DNA of 59,527 nucleotides from a virus (Duplodnaviria; Caudoviricetes): IMG/VR virus record IMGVR_UViG_3300027976_000042, positions 1 to 59,527 of that record; one strand, 5' to 3'. Shown piece by piece: positions 9,762 to 19,069 of this stretch (position 1 is its first letter; each line of letters starts with the position of its first letter). The notes under the pieces were generated by a model. It saw only the letters and a program-made list of their open reading frames with translations, ran no database searches and was not told where the DNA came from. The position numbers and the translations under genes were made by a program.

Positions 9762-9991
9762 GCTGCCGGATTCTCGAGGTTTTTCCCCAGCTGTGTAAAC
9801 TGGATCTTGAACGCCCCCTTTGGGATTCTGGTCTGGTCCAGTAATTGGCCCACTTTTTTGAACTCCGTCCCTTCCGGGATCTCCTGCACTTCCAGCACCC
9901 AGATCGGAGTCCCCCTCCTCTCGCCGGGCCGTGCTGTAGGCTCCGCCGGGATTATAACCCCGTCTGGTCCCATCTTGAATTTCATTGTCAT
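9698..9991 (-). CDS. Hypothetical protein (97 aa)
   Basis: Collinear ORF filling the gap between neighbours. Confidence 0.5.
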   Translation of the reverse strand: MTMKFKMGPDGVIIPAEPTARPGERRGTPIWVLEVQEIPEGTEFKKVGQLLDQTRIPKGAFKIQFTQLGKNLENPAAWPDKRKAPKSVKNAWNASKK

Positions 9992-10022
9992 TGTTATCGT
10001 AACTATTCCTGTGGCGTTTAGT

Positions 10023-10493
10023 TCAGTCTTCTGTTGTGTCCGGCGGCATCGCTGAAGCCATCAGGGCTTCATCCGAATACCTCTTTTTCCACTCTTCCCA
10101 GGAGACGGTCATCCCGTCTCCAAACCACTCCTGATACTTCCTGAAGTCCCTCACTGCCTGGACCGCATTAACCATGCAAATCCTGGCCTTTACGGATCCT
10201 ACAGGTGCCACGTGGAGGAACGAGATTAAGGCCTCGTAACTACACCACTTGGTCAGATCCACTTCTGGCTTCTTGGTTCCACCTTCCGTTGCCTTTGGAG
10301 CAGCACCTTTATCGAGTGCCATATCCGACAGCGAAATTATTTTGAATGGGCCTCCCTTGTCTCCTGACCACCGTAGCAGGACTTGACCGCCATTTGCGGG
10401 GTCCAGAGACACTTCCAGGTCTTTGCCTCTCTCGTCTGCGATTTCAGGGCACCGCCTTGTGATTCTCTTGTTGAGCGGATTTCTAGATGCCAT
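10023..10493 (-). CDS. Hypothetical protein (156 aa)
   Basis: Collinear ORF. Confidence 0.65.
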   Translation of the reverse strand: MASRNPLNKRITRRCPEIADERGKDLEVSLDPANGGQVLLRWSGDKGGPFKIISLSDMALDKGAAPKATEGGTKKPEVDLTKWCSYEALISFLHVAPVGSVKARICMVNAVQAVRDFRKYQEWFGDGMTVSWEEWKKRYSDEALMASAMPPDTTED

Positions 10494-10563
10494 CAGATCT
10501 TGCTTCCTGTTCTCCTGCCCGGCGATTACGCGGGTTTGGTGTTTTTGTATTCATTGATTTACT

Positions 10564-10600
10564 AAACAAAAAAGACGCTCGAATGAGCGTCTTTGTTTTT
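10564..10600. terminator. Bidirectional Rho-independent terminator after the tRNA
   Basis: AAAGACGCTC-gaat-GAGCGTCTTT flanked by A and T runs. Confidence 0.85.
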
Positions 10601-10608
10601 GGTGATGA

Positions 10609-10683
10609 TGGTGTCCCCGTCAGGATTCGAACCTGAATCTAAGCTTTAGGAGAGCCTTGTTCTATCCATTGAACTACGGGGAC
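10609..10683 (-). tRNA. tRNA-Arg, anticodon CCT (reads AGG), CCA end encoded
   Basis: GTCCCCG acceptor stem, GTTC/GAAC D-stem, AGGCT-CT-CCT-AA-AGCTT anticodon arm, GGTTCGAATCC T-arm, ACCA 3' end. Confidence 0.95.
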
Positions 10684-10690
10684 TGATGTT

Positions 10691-10930
10691 TTATCCTAAA
10701 ATTATCCTGCCTGGTTCCATCAACGGGCCGGCCTGCTGGATCATCGGTATGTGGTGGTTGTTTGCATTCCACTCAAAATCCGAGTCGCCCACCCTGGATA
10801 CTAGAACTGCACCTCCGGGGAGCTCGATGCACATCACGAGAAGTTTCCCGTAAGTGTCTCGTATCTCCACCTTTGTGACGCCAGCTTCACCTGGCTTCTC
10901 CAGAGATCCTGTTTTTAGACTTACTGTCAT
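10691..10930 (-). CDS. Small hypothetical protein (79 aa)
   Basis: ATGA overlap with upstream ORF. Confidence 0.6.
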   Translation of the reverse strand: MTVSLKTGSLEKPGEAGVTKVEIRDTYGKLLVMCIELPGGAVLVSRVGDSDFEWNANNHHIPMIQQAGPLMEPGRIILG

Positions 10931-11406
10931 TGGGGTTGCGCCGCCTGCTGTCCCTGAGCCTGCTGAGCCTGGGCTCCGGCAAGCATTTGCTCGAGCTGAG
11001 CCACCCTTTCCTTCAGTCTGTCTGGGTCCTGACTGGCTCCTTCTGCTGCCTCCGGCTTTTTCTCGCCGGAGCTACCGGACGAAGGCAGAGCCGATCTCAT
11101 CTCCGAGATAGCATTTTGGACCGTGACTAGAGCTCCTGAGATCTCCCCGTGCATCTGCTCCAGCATCGCCACCACATCGTCGAGGGTGACCCCCCCGGGG
11201 GACACTGCATTTGAATTTGCATCTTGCTGAACCGGTGGCGCCTGACCTGAGGCGGCAGCCGCTTGGACTTGCTGCTGGGTCTGCGGAGACGGGACGAAGG
11301 CTCGCTTCATGGTCAGGATCTCTCTGACGCCCTGGATGCTGGACCCGCTTACCTGTTTGGGGGAACCTTCTCCTTGAGCTCTGAGCTGATCATTCGGGTG
11401 TGCCAT
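10927..11406 (-). CDS. Gln/Ala-rich coiled-coil protein
   Basis: Low-complexity Q/A tracts; start MAHPNDQ right after the MYG1 stop. Confidence 0.6.
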   Translation of the reverse strand: MAHPNDQLRAQGEGSPKQVSGSSIQGVREILTMKRAFVPSPQTQQQVQAAAASGQAPPVQQDANSNAVSPGGVTLDDVVAMLEQMHGEISGALVTVQNAISEMRSALPSSGSSGEKKPEAAEGASQDPDRLKERVAQLEQMLAGAQAQQAQGQQAAQPQ

Positions 11407-11407
11407 C

Positions 11408-12562
11408 TTACACGTTCGCCTCAATATCAGTTTTTTGAAAGGGGGCGTTTTGGAATCTTTTGGCTGCCTCTTTCGCCATGGAAATGGCCCCCTTCATGTT
11501 TCGGTGCCCCGCGATGAAGCCCTCTTCCCTTGCGAACATTGCGCCGTTTTTGACATCACTGCCCGTGGCGGCGTCTAGCTTTGCCCCTCTTAGCCCCCCC
11601 CATTCTTTTGGGAGCGGGCTATTTGACTCCCACGACCCGAGACTCAGGGGGACTGATTTGACGAGCCAGTAGTGCCCGCCCTTGGATGGGAATACCACAA
11701 ACCTGACGCCTCCCTTCTTTATGATTGCTCTCTGCCATGGAACGAAGGCGGGCAACAGAACGATACCGCTCGAGATCATTGACGCGTCTCTGGCCTCTAG
11801 CGCATCGGCGATGACCCTTGACGCCAAAGCTTCGGAGGCTAGGTGAATGATCTCACGTTGCATCATCTCGGATACGACGTAAACCGATCGGACAAAGATG
11901 GTTCGGATCGATAGACCTCTTTCCAGCCAAGAGAACGAATATCTTGCCATGATTCTGTTCAGGGTTGGGGAAGTCGTCGGGCCCCAAGTGACATCGACTC
12001 CATCTGGGTCACCTGGCTTCAGCCACTTCATCTTCCCCTCTTCGTCTTTGGACGCAGTCATCTTGTAGTTGGTGTCTACCGCGTCTACTGGCGCCACAAA
12101 AAACCGATCAAATTCTCTGGCGACCTCCTCGATGATTTTTGGGGCCAAAATTTCGGGGTGCGTCACCGCGATTTTCTGGCTTAGAACTCGGGCAATAGCG
12201 ATTTTGCCGTATCTGTCCCAAACCAAGCCGGCTGAGGCGTAGGGGATCCCAGATTGTCTGATCTTCCCTTCAGTCCCCGATTTCCACTGATGGTGATCAA
12301 ACCTGCCGCTGTCCGGGTCATACACAGACCCGACGTCCACAAGAATGTCCATCTTGCTTAGAGCGTCGGATCTCCGGGTTCTAATCACGGCCTCTGGGTT
12401 TATACCAAGTGCGAGCACTAAGGTTCCCACCCCGACTACCTCGTCCAAATGGCACGACCCTGAGTGAGTCGCTACTTTAGGGAAGCCGTCATTATTTTGA
12501 AAAAACTCTTCCTCTCCGAGTTCTCCTTCCCAATCTTCTCTGGGTTCGTCTGTTTCAGTCAT
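11408..12562 (-). CDS. MYG1 family (UPF0160) DHH-fold nuclease/hydrolase
   Basis: VATHSGSCHLDEV, IRTR, VDVGSVYDP, FDHHQ, YASAGLVW, VDAVDT, PLPKEWGGLRG motifs. Confidence 0.9.
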   Translation of the reverse strand: MTETDEPREDWEGELGEEEFFQNNDGFPKVATHSGSCHLDEVVGVGTLVLALGINPEAVIRTRRSDALSKMDILVDVGSVYDPDSGRFDHHQWKSGTEGKIRQSGIPYASAGLVWDRYGKIAIARVLSQKIAVTHPEILAPKIIEEVAREFDRFFVAPVDAVDTNYKMTASKDEEGKMKWLKPGDPDGVDVTWGPTTSPTLNRIMARYSFSWLERGLSIRTIFVRSVYVVSEMMQREIIHLASEALASRVIADALEARDASMISSGIVLLPAFVPWQRAIIKKGGVRFVVFPSKGGHYWLVKSVPLSLGSWESNSPLPKEWGGLRGAKLDAATGSDVKNGAMFAREEGFIAGHRNMKGAISMAKEAAKRFQNAPFQKTDIEANV

Positions 12563-12780
12563 CTGTGTTGTTGTTTTTTAATCCCGGGGTTCATATCCGG
12601 AAGTTTTGTTGGTTTGTCGTTATACCGAAAGAGGACCAGGCCCCAGACCAGACTCGCGATTATCATGATCACGATCTTGAACTTCCACCTCCTCCTGTAT
12701 TTGGCTTCGACTTTCTCGATCTCGGCCTCTGTCTTTGCTGTCATCAGCTCCAGAGATTTTAGTATTCCAAAGTCTGGCAT
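12559..12780 (-). CDS. Small single-pass membrane protein
   Basis: IVIMIIASLVWGLVLF hydrophobic segment; ATGA overlap. Confidence 0.55.
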   Translation of the reverse strand: MPDFGILKSLELMTAKTEAEIEKVEAKYRRRWKFKIVIMIIASLVWGLVLFRYNDKPTKLPDMNPGIKKQQHR

Positions 12781-12801
12781 TTTTATCCTCTTTCTTTTTG
12801 T

Positions 12802-13029
12802 TTACCCAGTCGACTCTACTTCTTCGATTTTGGTCCAGGCCTCCCACCTCATACTGCGGAATTGATTAGAGCATTTGTTCCTGACAAAGCAGGTCTGGCA
12901 TTTCCTTACCTCTATTCTGCGGTCAGGCTTAAATCTCTCGGGTGCAAAATCCGAACGCTCCTCCTGCTTCCACACGGCTTTTCCTCCGCATAGAAATGTC
13001 GAACACCGCGGCGGACTGCTCTTTACCAT
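12802..13029 (-). CDS. Small Cys-rich protein
   Basis: CSTFLC and CQTC motifs. Confidence 0.45.
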   Translation of the reverse strand: MVKSSPPRCSTFLCGGKAVWKQEERSDFAPERFKPDRRIEVRKCQTCFVRNKCSNQFRSMRWEAWTKIEEVESTG

Positions 13030-13550
13030 AGCACCCCCTCCTTGCTGGTCACCACGCCACCAGGCCTGCTTACAGGAACAAACGCTTGTTCTCCGTTGCT
13101 AAACGTCCCTGTGCTGTTGAGTGCCTGCTTGTGGAAAGCTTTGTGAAGTTCTTTTTTGAAGTTGTCGCAAATCATCCGAGTCCAGTTTTTATTCCTGGAG
13201 TAGTCCATCGCATGGTTTTCACTACAATCAGAGGGCTCTCTAGGGGCCAGGCAAATCGATATCAACCCGTTGTATTCCGCGACGGAGATCTCCGCTGATC
13301 CATTCTCGAGGACGACGTGATTTTCTCTTCCCTCCCATCTGTCCGCTACTTCGAACGATGGATACCTAAATTGAATTACCGTCACCAGATATTCCAGAAA
13401 ATCGCTAAACTCAAAAAAGGAGAAGCTGTCGTCTTCGCTGTTCTCTTCGCTATCATCTTCGGGTTCCTGCTCTTGATCCCATGTAAAAGAGATCCCGTGT
13501 AAGTATACTGTTTCGTAGGCATTAGAATGCCTTGACACTGATCTTGCCAT
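13023..13550 (-). CDS. Hypothetical phage protein (175 aa)
   Basis: Collinear ORF directly downstream of the RNAP gene. Confidence 0.7.
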   Translation of the reverse strand: MARSVSRHSNAYETVYLHGISFTWDQEQEPEDDSEENSEDDSFSFFEFSDFLEYLVTVIQFRYPSFEVADRWEGRENHVVLENGSAEISVAEYNGLISICLAPREPSDCSENHAMDYSRNKNWTRMICDNFKKELHKAFHKQALNSTGTFSNGEQAFVPVSRPGGVVTSKEGVLW

Positions 13551-13555
13551 TTTTG

Positions 13556-16500
13556 TTATCCAATTTTTATAGGACTGTCGATTGCGATAGCCCCTGATTT
13601 GTAAGCCTCAACCGCTTCCTCCCTCGTTTTGAATGTCAACACTTCCGAGCTTTTTGGATTTGGCTTTGTAGCATTGAACAGGCCTAGGATGAATTCCTGA
13701 CTTGGAATGTAATGCGGCTTCCTCTTCGAAATCGAAAGAAGGTTTTTGCTCGGAAACATTTTCTCTCGAATCTCCTTGATGGCTTCCGGCGAGATGGGCA
13801 CATGGACGTTCATTTGGTCTCCGTCGAAATCTGCATTGAACGGATTTACGACAAGAGGGGAAATCCTAATGGCATTCCCCGGGACTAGGATTGGATCAGC
13901 CCCGGCGATCGAAAATCGGTGAAGTGCCGGATCCCTGGAATACATGGCGGGGCGGTATTTCATCTCCTCGAGCAGGAAGTTCTTCGCAATCGGAGTCCTT
14001 TCTTCGATCTGCCTCGCAGCCTCGTTGGGTTTCATCCCGGCTCTGACCATTCTTCCCATCGTAAAAGGGGAGTAGGAGGTCCAGGCGATATCCTCAGGCA
14101 AGCCGACCTGGTCCATGTTCAGTCTGGCATCCGGGACGATTACTGAGCGCCCCACGGTATTCACTGGGTGACCCAGGACTTTTGACATGAACAGTCCCGC
14201 CTTCGGTCCTTTGCCGTCCCCTGTGAGAGCCTTCAAGAATCCTTTGATCCCTTTTTCTCTTGTCTCTGCATGGATTGGATCTCCGACACCCTGGATCGCT
14301 TTCACGGCGTCATAGATCGAAAGTCTTTCGTCCATCAAGTCCGCGTCAGGTAGGATTTCTCTGTTCGATCGATAAGAAGCTCGAGCGTTCAGGAGGTCTT
14401 TGTAGAGGTAATTGGAGTCTGACACGATGGTCATGTCACCCATCTTCACAGCGGGACGGAATGCCGGCGGCATCACTGGGACCTTGGAAATCATCATATC
14501 TCCTGCCGACAACCCGGCATTCCGAAGCCCCTTGATGGCTTTGAGCTTCTTGAGCGCGTCGTTCCTGGCCGAGCCTCTCGTTGCCTTCACTGTCTCCAAA
14601 GAAGCTTTCTCCGCGGCCGGAAGATCGATGCTGTCCAGGGCCTTCTTCAGTGCCTTGGTCCCTGTGCCTCCCTGGTAGGGCTTTTCGCCCGAGAGGACCG
14701 ACCTCATCCCTTTTGAGGTGAGGCCTAGAATCGCCCTGAGTGAATCTTCCATCACCGGATTGGGAATTGGGTCATCGAGTTTAATCACCCCCCATCCCCT
14801 TTGCTGTGGCCCTCCAAAAATCGAGTAGTCAAAAAGACCCCCTTTGATTGGCTCTCCGGTCTTGTCGTCGATCGTGTCGAATGAGTTCACCTCAATCGGG
14901 CGAAGCTCGTCGACGTCCTTGTCCGTCATGGCCGAGATGCTAACTGTCCTGTCGTTTTCGTTCACCCTGATTCCAGCCGCCCTTAGCGTGTTGAGATACT
15001 TCTTGTAGATGAACGGGACCTTTGGCGGGTTTGGAAGCGGCTTCCCGGAGGTGATACCTTTCCAGATCTCCGGATCGTCGACTCCGCGGTAGACGTGGGC
15101 ATCTCTGAGAACTTCTGTGGCGCCATACCCGGCCAGCGCCGTATTCATGAGGCCTCCCAGTCTTTTGGCTCCTTCCGCCCCTCCTTTCGCTGGTTGCTCG
15201 TTGATGTCTGTGGCTCCGTCATCCCGGGCCGAGATTTTACCTTCAGCCATGTGCTCGAGCTTCATGAAGTATTGAACTCCAGTCATCACGTCGTCAATCT
15301 TCCTCCCTGTCTCCTGGTCTGTGAGCGTCTCGTTTGGTTTTACGCCAGCGGCGAGCAACTGCTTCTTCACGTAAGCCAGGGTGTCGCCGTCTGTTCCGTC
15401 TTTCAGGACAAGCCTTTGGCCGGTCTTTCGGGCAATCTTACCGAGTTGGGCCTCAAATACCATAGCCGGATTCACCCGGCCGATCAGGGCAGCTGGGTTG
15501 ATAAAGATCTCGATTGGATCCCCATTTTCGTCGACCGGCATTTTGTTGTCAGGAATCACCTTCCCGATAACTCCCTTGGCGCCTTGGCGAGCCGAGAGTT
15601 TATCTCCAACGGCCGCCGGGGCATCATATTTGATATTGATCCTGAATCCTTTCCTCCCTGAGAACGAATCAGTCACGAAACCTTCGTGCGCTTTTTCCCA
15701 GACCTGGGAATTGTCGTCGAAGGCCCCTTTCATCATCTTCCCAAGATTTCCGAGAGCAGAGTCCTTGGACGTGACGAGTTTTGGCCGAAAAGAGAGAGCT
15801 ACCGGATCCCCGGGATTGACTACAGACCCGAGCTTCAGCATCCCGTTGTCGTTAAGTTTGTCCAGTTGGTCGCGTGTGTATCTGCCCGGGAACATTGAGA
15901 GAAATCTCTTCTTTCCCACAAGGTCCCCTCTGGAGGTGTCCACTTCGACTTTAGCCAGATGAGACGAGGTCAGCTTCCGAGCTGCGGATTCCGACACTGC
16001 AATAGAATCTTCGAATGAAGATCCGCCTGGTGCCGCAGCAAAGGCGACTCTGAGGTTTCGCCCTAGGGCCAAGTCTCCGTCAGGGGTGACGTAGTTGTTT
16101 TTGGCTATGGGCTGGCCGGCAAGGATCTTGTCCCCGATTTTTACCAGAGATGTTTCATGGACAAACGTCTTCTTTGCATTTGGAAAGTATTCATAAAGCT
16201 CCTCGTTCCAGGTTTTCCCGTCAGCTCCTTTGAACTTGATAAAGTCTTTCCCGATGTTCACGACTTCGCCGTCTTTTCTTGCGTTTCGGAGCCCAATTTT
16301 CCGCCCAAGAATTCTGGAAGTGCCCTCTCCTGTTTCGTCGTCGTAAGCGTCCACCAGCGGGGCCTCCTGCTCGGATGTCGGGACCGCCTGGGTAAAATAT
16401 TTGGCGCTGATGAAAAGCCTGGACCCCTTCATATTGAAAGCTCCGGGAATCAGGTTACTCGCGTCGGCAAACATCTGCCTGGATCCTATCATCTCGTAAT

Positions 16501-16582
16501 CGGCATCTGACTTGTGAATCATGTCTGTCCCCTTGCCGGTGAAGGCCGGCAGGAGAGGGTCCGTAGTTGGGGTTGGGTCCAT
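13556..16582 (-). CDS. Phage multi-subunit RNA polymerase catalytic subunit: beta C-terminal half fused to beta' N-terminal half
   Basis: beta motifs: NLIP..TQAVP, LALGRNLRVAF, FEDSI, GDKLSARQGAKGVI, INP..RVN, YFMKLEHM..KISAR, GAKRLG; beta' motifs: GGLFD.SIFG, VPVMPPAFRP, GRSVIVP, RDPALHR, NADFDGDQMNVHVP (NADFDGD at 13817-13837), PSQEFILGL. Confidence 0.95.
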   Translation of the reverse strand: MDPTPTTDPLLPAFTGKGTDMIHKSDADYEMIGSRQMFADASNLIPGAFNMKGSRLFISAKYFTQAVPTSEQEAPLVDAYDDETGEGTSRILGRKIGLRNARKDGEVVNIGKDFIKFKGADGKTWNEELYEYFPNAKKTFVHETSLVKIGDKILAGQPIAKNNYVTPDGDLALGRNLRVAFAAAPGGSSFEDSIAVSESAARKLTSSHLAKVEVDTSRGDLVGKKRFLSMFPGRYTRDQLDKLNDNGMLKLGSVVNPGDPVALSFRPKLVTSKDSALGNLGKMMKGAFDDNSQVWEKAHEGFVTDSFSGRKGFRINIKYDAPAAVGDKLSARQGAKGVIGKVIPDNKMPVDENGDPIEIFINPAALIGRVNPAMVFEAQLGKIARKTGQRLVLKDGTDGDTLAYVKKQLLAAGVKPNETLTDQETGRKIDDVMTGVQYFMKLEHMAEGKISARDDGATDINEQPAKGGAEGAKRLGGLMNTALAGYGATEVLRDAHVYRGVDDPEIWKGITSGKPLPNPPKVPFIYKKYLNTLRAAGIRVNENDRTVSISAMTDKDVDELRPIEVNSFDTIDDKTGEPIKGGLFDYSIFGGPQQRGWGVIKLDDPIPNPVMEDSLRAILGLTSKGMRSVLSGEKPYQGGTGTKALKKALDSIDLPAAEKASLETVKATRGSARNDALKKLKAIKGLRNAGLSAGDMMISKVPVMPPAFRPAVKMGDMTIVSDSNYLYKDLLNARASYRSNREILPDADLMDERLSIYDAVKAIQGVGDPIHAETREKGIKGFLKALTGDGKGPKAGLFMSKVLGHPVNTVGRSVIVPDARLNMDQVGLPEDIAWTSYSPFTMGRMVRAGMKPNEAARQIEERTPIAKNFLLEEMKYRPAMYSRDPALHRFSIAGADPILVPGNAIRISPLVVNPFNADFDGDQMNVHVPISPEAIKEIREKMFPSKNLLSISKRKPHYIPSQEFILGLFNATKPNPKSSEVLTFKTREEAVEAYKSGAIAIDSPIKIG

Positions 16583-16616
16583 TCCAAGACCTTAGCTTAC
16601 TGACCCGTTTCTTCAA
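16583..16616 (-). promoter_or_regulatory. sigma70-like promoter, leaderless spacing
   Basis: TTGAAG-N16-TAAGGT-N6-ATG of the RNAP catalytic subunit. Confidence 0.5.
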
Positions 16617-16682
16617 GCCTGCGGATTAAAAGGCCGTCTCCCTGAAGTTCCCCATCATCTCCTTATAGTCCCTTTCGTGAAG

Positions 16683-17105
16683 TTAGGAATAGTCCCAGAT
16701 CTTGGATGTCTGCTTTTTTGTGGGAGTCTTTGATCCGAAGCAGTGGAACCCGGTGAATGACTTCGACATCTTGACTGCATCCCAGATGAGACCTTCAGCC
16801 TCCTCTCTCCTGCGTTGCCCAAGCTCTTCCCGGTCCCGCCCATGCATCAACGCACCTTTCAAGGGCCGGTAGCCCTCAGGCGGCTCCCAGTGATCATCCT
16901 CGAGGCAAAGCTCGTTCACTCCCTTGAAGCATTTCCTGCCTTCGATGATTTCCCGCTGGCTGTCGAGCGAGATCGGTTCCTCGCCGTCCACGATGCACTC
17001 AAGGACCGAGAGGGCCCCTTGATGGTCACCCTCGTGCCACCGGTCCCGGACGTGCTCCGTGATAAACTCTCCCGAGATCGAAAATGACACTGATGCTGTG
17101 GTCAT
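16683..17105 (-). CDS. Hypothetical protein (140 aa)
   Basis: TGATG overlap with upstream ORF. Confidence 0.65.
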   Translation of the reverse strand: MTTASVSFSISGEFITEHVRDRWHEGDHQGALSVLECIVDGEEPISLDSQREIIEGRKCFKGVNELCLEDDHWEPPEGYRPLKGALMHGRDREELGQRRREEAEGLIWDAVKMSKSFTGFHCFGSKTPTKKQTSKIWDYS

Positions 17106-17611
17106 CAGGCGTCAGGCTCCTTGTGTCTCCTCAGAGCTTCTGCGTGATACTCCGAACCCATGTCTGCAATCTCCCGCACAAAGGCAATTGCATCCTTGTC
17201 ATTCAGGAAGGTCTCGGATTCGTCCAGTCTTTGGATTTCGTCGCCGTTGAATAACCCCCAACCTTCTCCTGAGGCCCGAGCGTTGTCGAATTGGCAATCG
17301 GGGTCTTCTTCCGGACCTTCGTCCGGAGCCTCCATTATAATATCTGCCATCGCCTTAGTTTGGATCCCTCTTTTTAGGGCTTCCCTGTCCCTCCTCCACC
17401 GATATAGACTGACGACACTGGCAGCCGAGACTTCCTGGGACCTGGACAAATGCCAGATTTCCTCGACCTCCTCTTGTGGGAGGTTGTCGACAATGACTCC
17501 ATAGTCAGTTTCCACGGAAAACAGGCCTGTCCTCTTGTCGTGGCTAATCACAATGGCGTTGCCGAATCTTCTGCCGTCCTTGGTAAATAGTAGCTGTCCT
17601 TGATATATCAT
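17105..17611 (-). CDS. Hypothetical two-domain protein (168 aa)
   Basis: A-rich leader; TKDGRRFGNAIV and EGWGLF..IQRLDE small phage domains. Confidence 0.65.
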   Translation of the reverse strand: MIYQGQLLFTKDGRRFGNAIVISHDKRTGLFSVETDYGVIVDNLPQEEVEEIWHLSRSQEVSAASVVSLYRWRRDREALKRGIQTKAMADIIMEAPDEGPEEDPDCQFDNARASGEGWGLFNGDEIQRLDESETFLNDKDAIAFVREIADMGSEYHAEALRRHKEPDA

Positions 17612-17635
17612 TTTTCTTTTTCTTGGGTTTTGCTT

Positions 17636-18130
17636 TTAAGGTCTCCGTATTGCCGATCCGAATTCTGGACTTTCTTCTTCTGGCAGCCCGATTGCTCTTA
17701 CCGCCTCTAGAGACATAAATACAAATTTGTTTCCATCCGTAACTGCTGCGTTGAAGATTTTGTTGAAGGCCTGAAACTTCATTCTCCAGATCACTGGGTG
17801 AAGATTTTTGAATATTTTTTCGAGATCGTCATCGATGTTTATTCTCCCGCTGCTATCTATAAACCCGTGCCTTTCTGTCTCTTCCTCTGTTAGATTTAAG
17901 CACCTAATCGTAACGTAGTCCTCCTCTGCAAATTTAATGCACGCCGAACATGGATTGCTAGACGCTATTATGTGTCTTGGGGCGCTTGTAGCCGATTCCG
18001 GCATCTTGAGCTTTTGCTTAAGTCTGGGTGAGAGTCGTCCAAACAAAATTAGCGATTCGGTTTCTCCACACCAAAAGCAGACGCTCAGTGACGGGTTTAC
18101 TCCGTGGTTTGGGTCAATAATTATATCCAT
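17636..18130 (-). CDS. Conserved Zn-binding phage protein
   Basis: HGVNPSLSVCFWCG..APR..PCSAC. Confidence 0.65.
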   Translation of the reverse strand: MDIIIDPNHGVNPSLSVCFWCGETESLILFGRLSPRLKQKLKMPESATSAPRHIIASSNPCSACIKFAEEDYVTIRCLNLTEEETERHGFIDSSGRINIDDDLEKIFKNLHPVIWRMKFQAFNKIFNAAVTDGNKFVFMSLEAVRAIGLPEEESPEFGSAIRRP

Positions 18131-18157
18131 AGTCTTTGTGTTATCGTTTAGCCTTCG

Positions 18158-18649
18158 TCACCAGTCATACACTCTTAAGAGCGGTATTGTCGGGCCGTCG
18201 GCGTCAAATCTTAACCAGAAGTCTCTGACATCTTCTTCTGGTTCTCCGTGAGACCCTATCGTTATTTGAGTTCTCAGCATTGACCTGATTCTCTCCGTGC
18301 AATCCAAAACACTGTCAGGTAAATCTGTGTAACGGGTAACGTCAGAATGAACCATATAGCCATACCCAGTTTTAATCACGTCCCCGAAGTCGCTACATCC
18401 ATCTAGCGCGTCGGGACCGCTCAGGTGAGATGTAGAGAGCGTGATGACTAGGTCCACCTGTATGAGAAGTGAATCCAGGAAGTCGAACATCGATGTGAAA
18501 GGATCCTTATCACCGGGACCCATAAAGCCATAATTTCTTCTTGATGGAGGCAAAGCTGGCTCTGGAGTGGGAGGCAATTGAGCCCGGACAAGAGAAATGT
18601 GAGGGCCCTGGTCTTCCAGGTCGTCAATGTCATCGTTCAGGCCAGTCAT
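18158..18649 (-). CDS. Hypothetical protein (163 aa)
   Basis: Collinear ORF; C-terminal WLRFDADGP..L.VYDW. Confidence 0.65.
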   Translation of the reverse strand: MTGLNDDIDDLEDQGPHISLVRAQLPPTPEPALPPSRRNYGFMGPGDKDPFTSMFDFLDSLLIQVDLVITLSTSHLSGPDALDGCSDFGDVIKTGYGYMVHSDVTRYTDLPDSVLDCTERIRSMLRTQITIGSHGEPEEDVRDFWLRFDADGPTIPLLRVYDW

Positions 18650-19022
18650 AGGACTTTGCCTCCTTATTCCAGCTGATCATTTGGTAGCTCACGCTGTCAA
18701 TTTCAAAAACCCTTTTGTTCTCTGTCTTCTCCGTTGCTTCATGCAGCCTGCCAACCCAGATCATTCCGAGGTCCCAATCCTCATGTCGATCGGCGCTGAC
18801 AACCACTCCGACTTGGAACCGACCATCAGGAAGTTCCTTTATCATCTCGTTGAGGGGCTCACATCCGTTCTCGTGAGGGTAGCCTCCCTCCTCCGCCAGG
18901 TAATACCCGGCGGCGGCAATGTCATCAAGGGTCTCCTCTTCGTTTTCCGAGTAAAGGAAAAACGGATGCCCATCCGATTGATTCATGTGTTCGGTCACGT
19001 CTTCTACCGTGAATTCTGGCAT
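18630..19022 (-). CDS. Acidic hypothetical protein (130 aa)
   Basis: ORF with A-rich leader. Confidence 0.65.
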   Translation of the reverse strand: MPEFTVEDVTEHMNQSDGHPFFLYSENEEETLDDIAAAGYYLAEEGGYPHENGCEPLNEMIKELPDGRFQVGVVVSADRHEDWDLGMIWVGRLHEATEKTENKRVFEIDSVSYQMISWNKEAKSYDWPER

Positions 19023-19069
19023 TTTAGTCTAATTTATTTTTTGGTTTGTCTGGTCCTTCGGCGGCGGAA

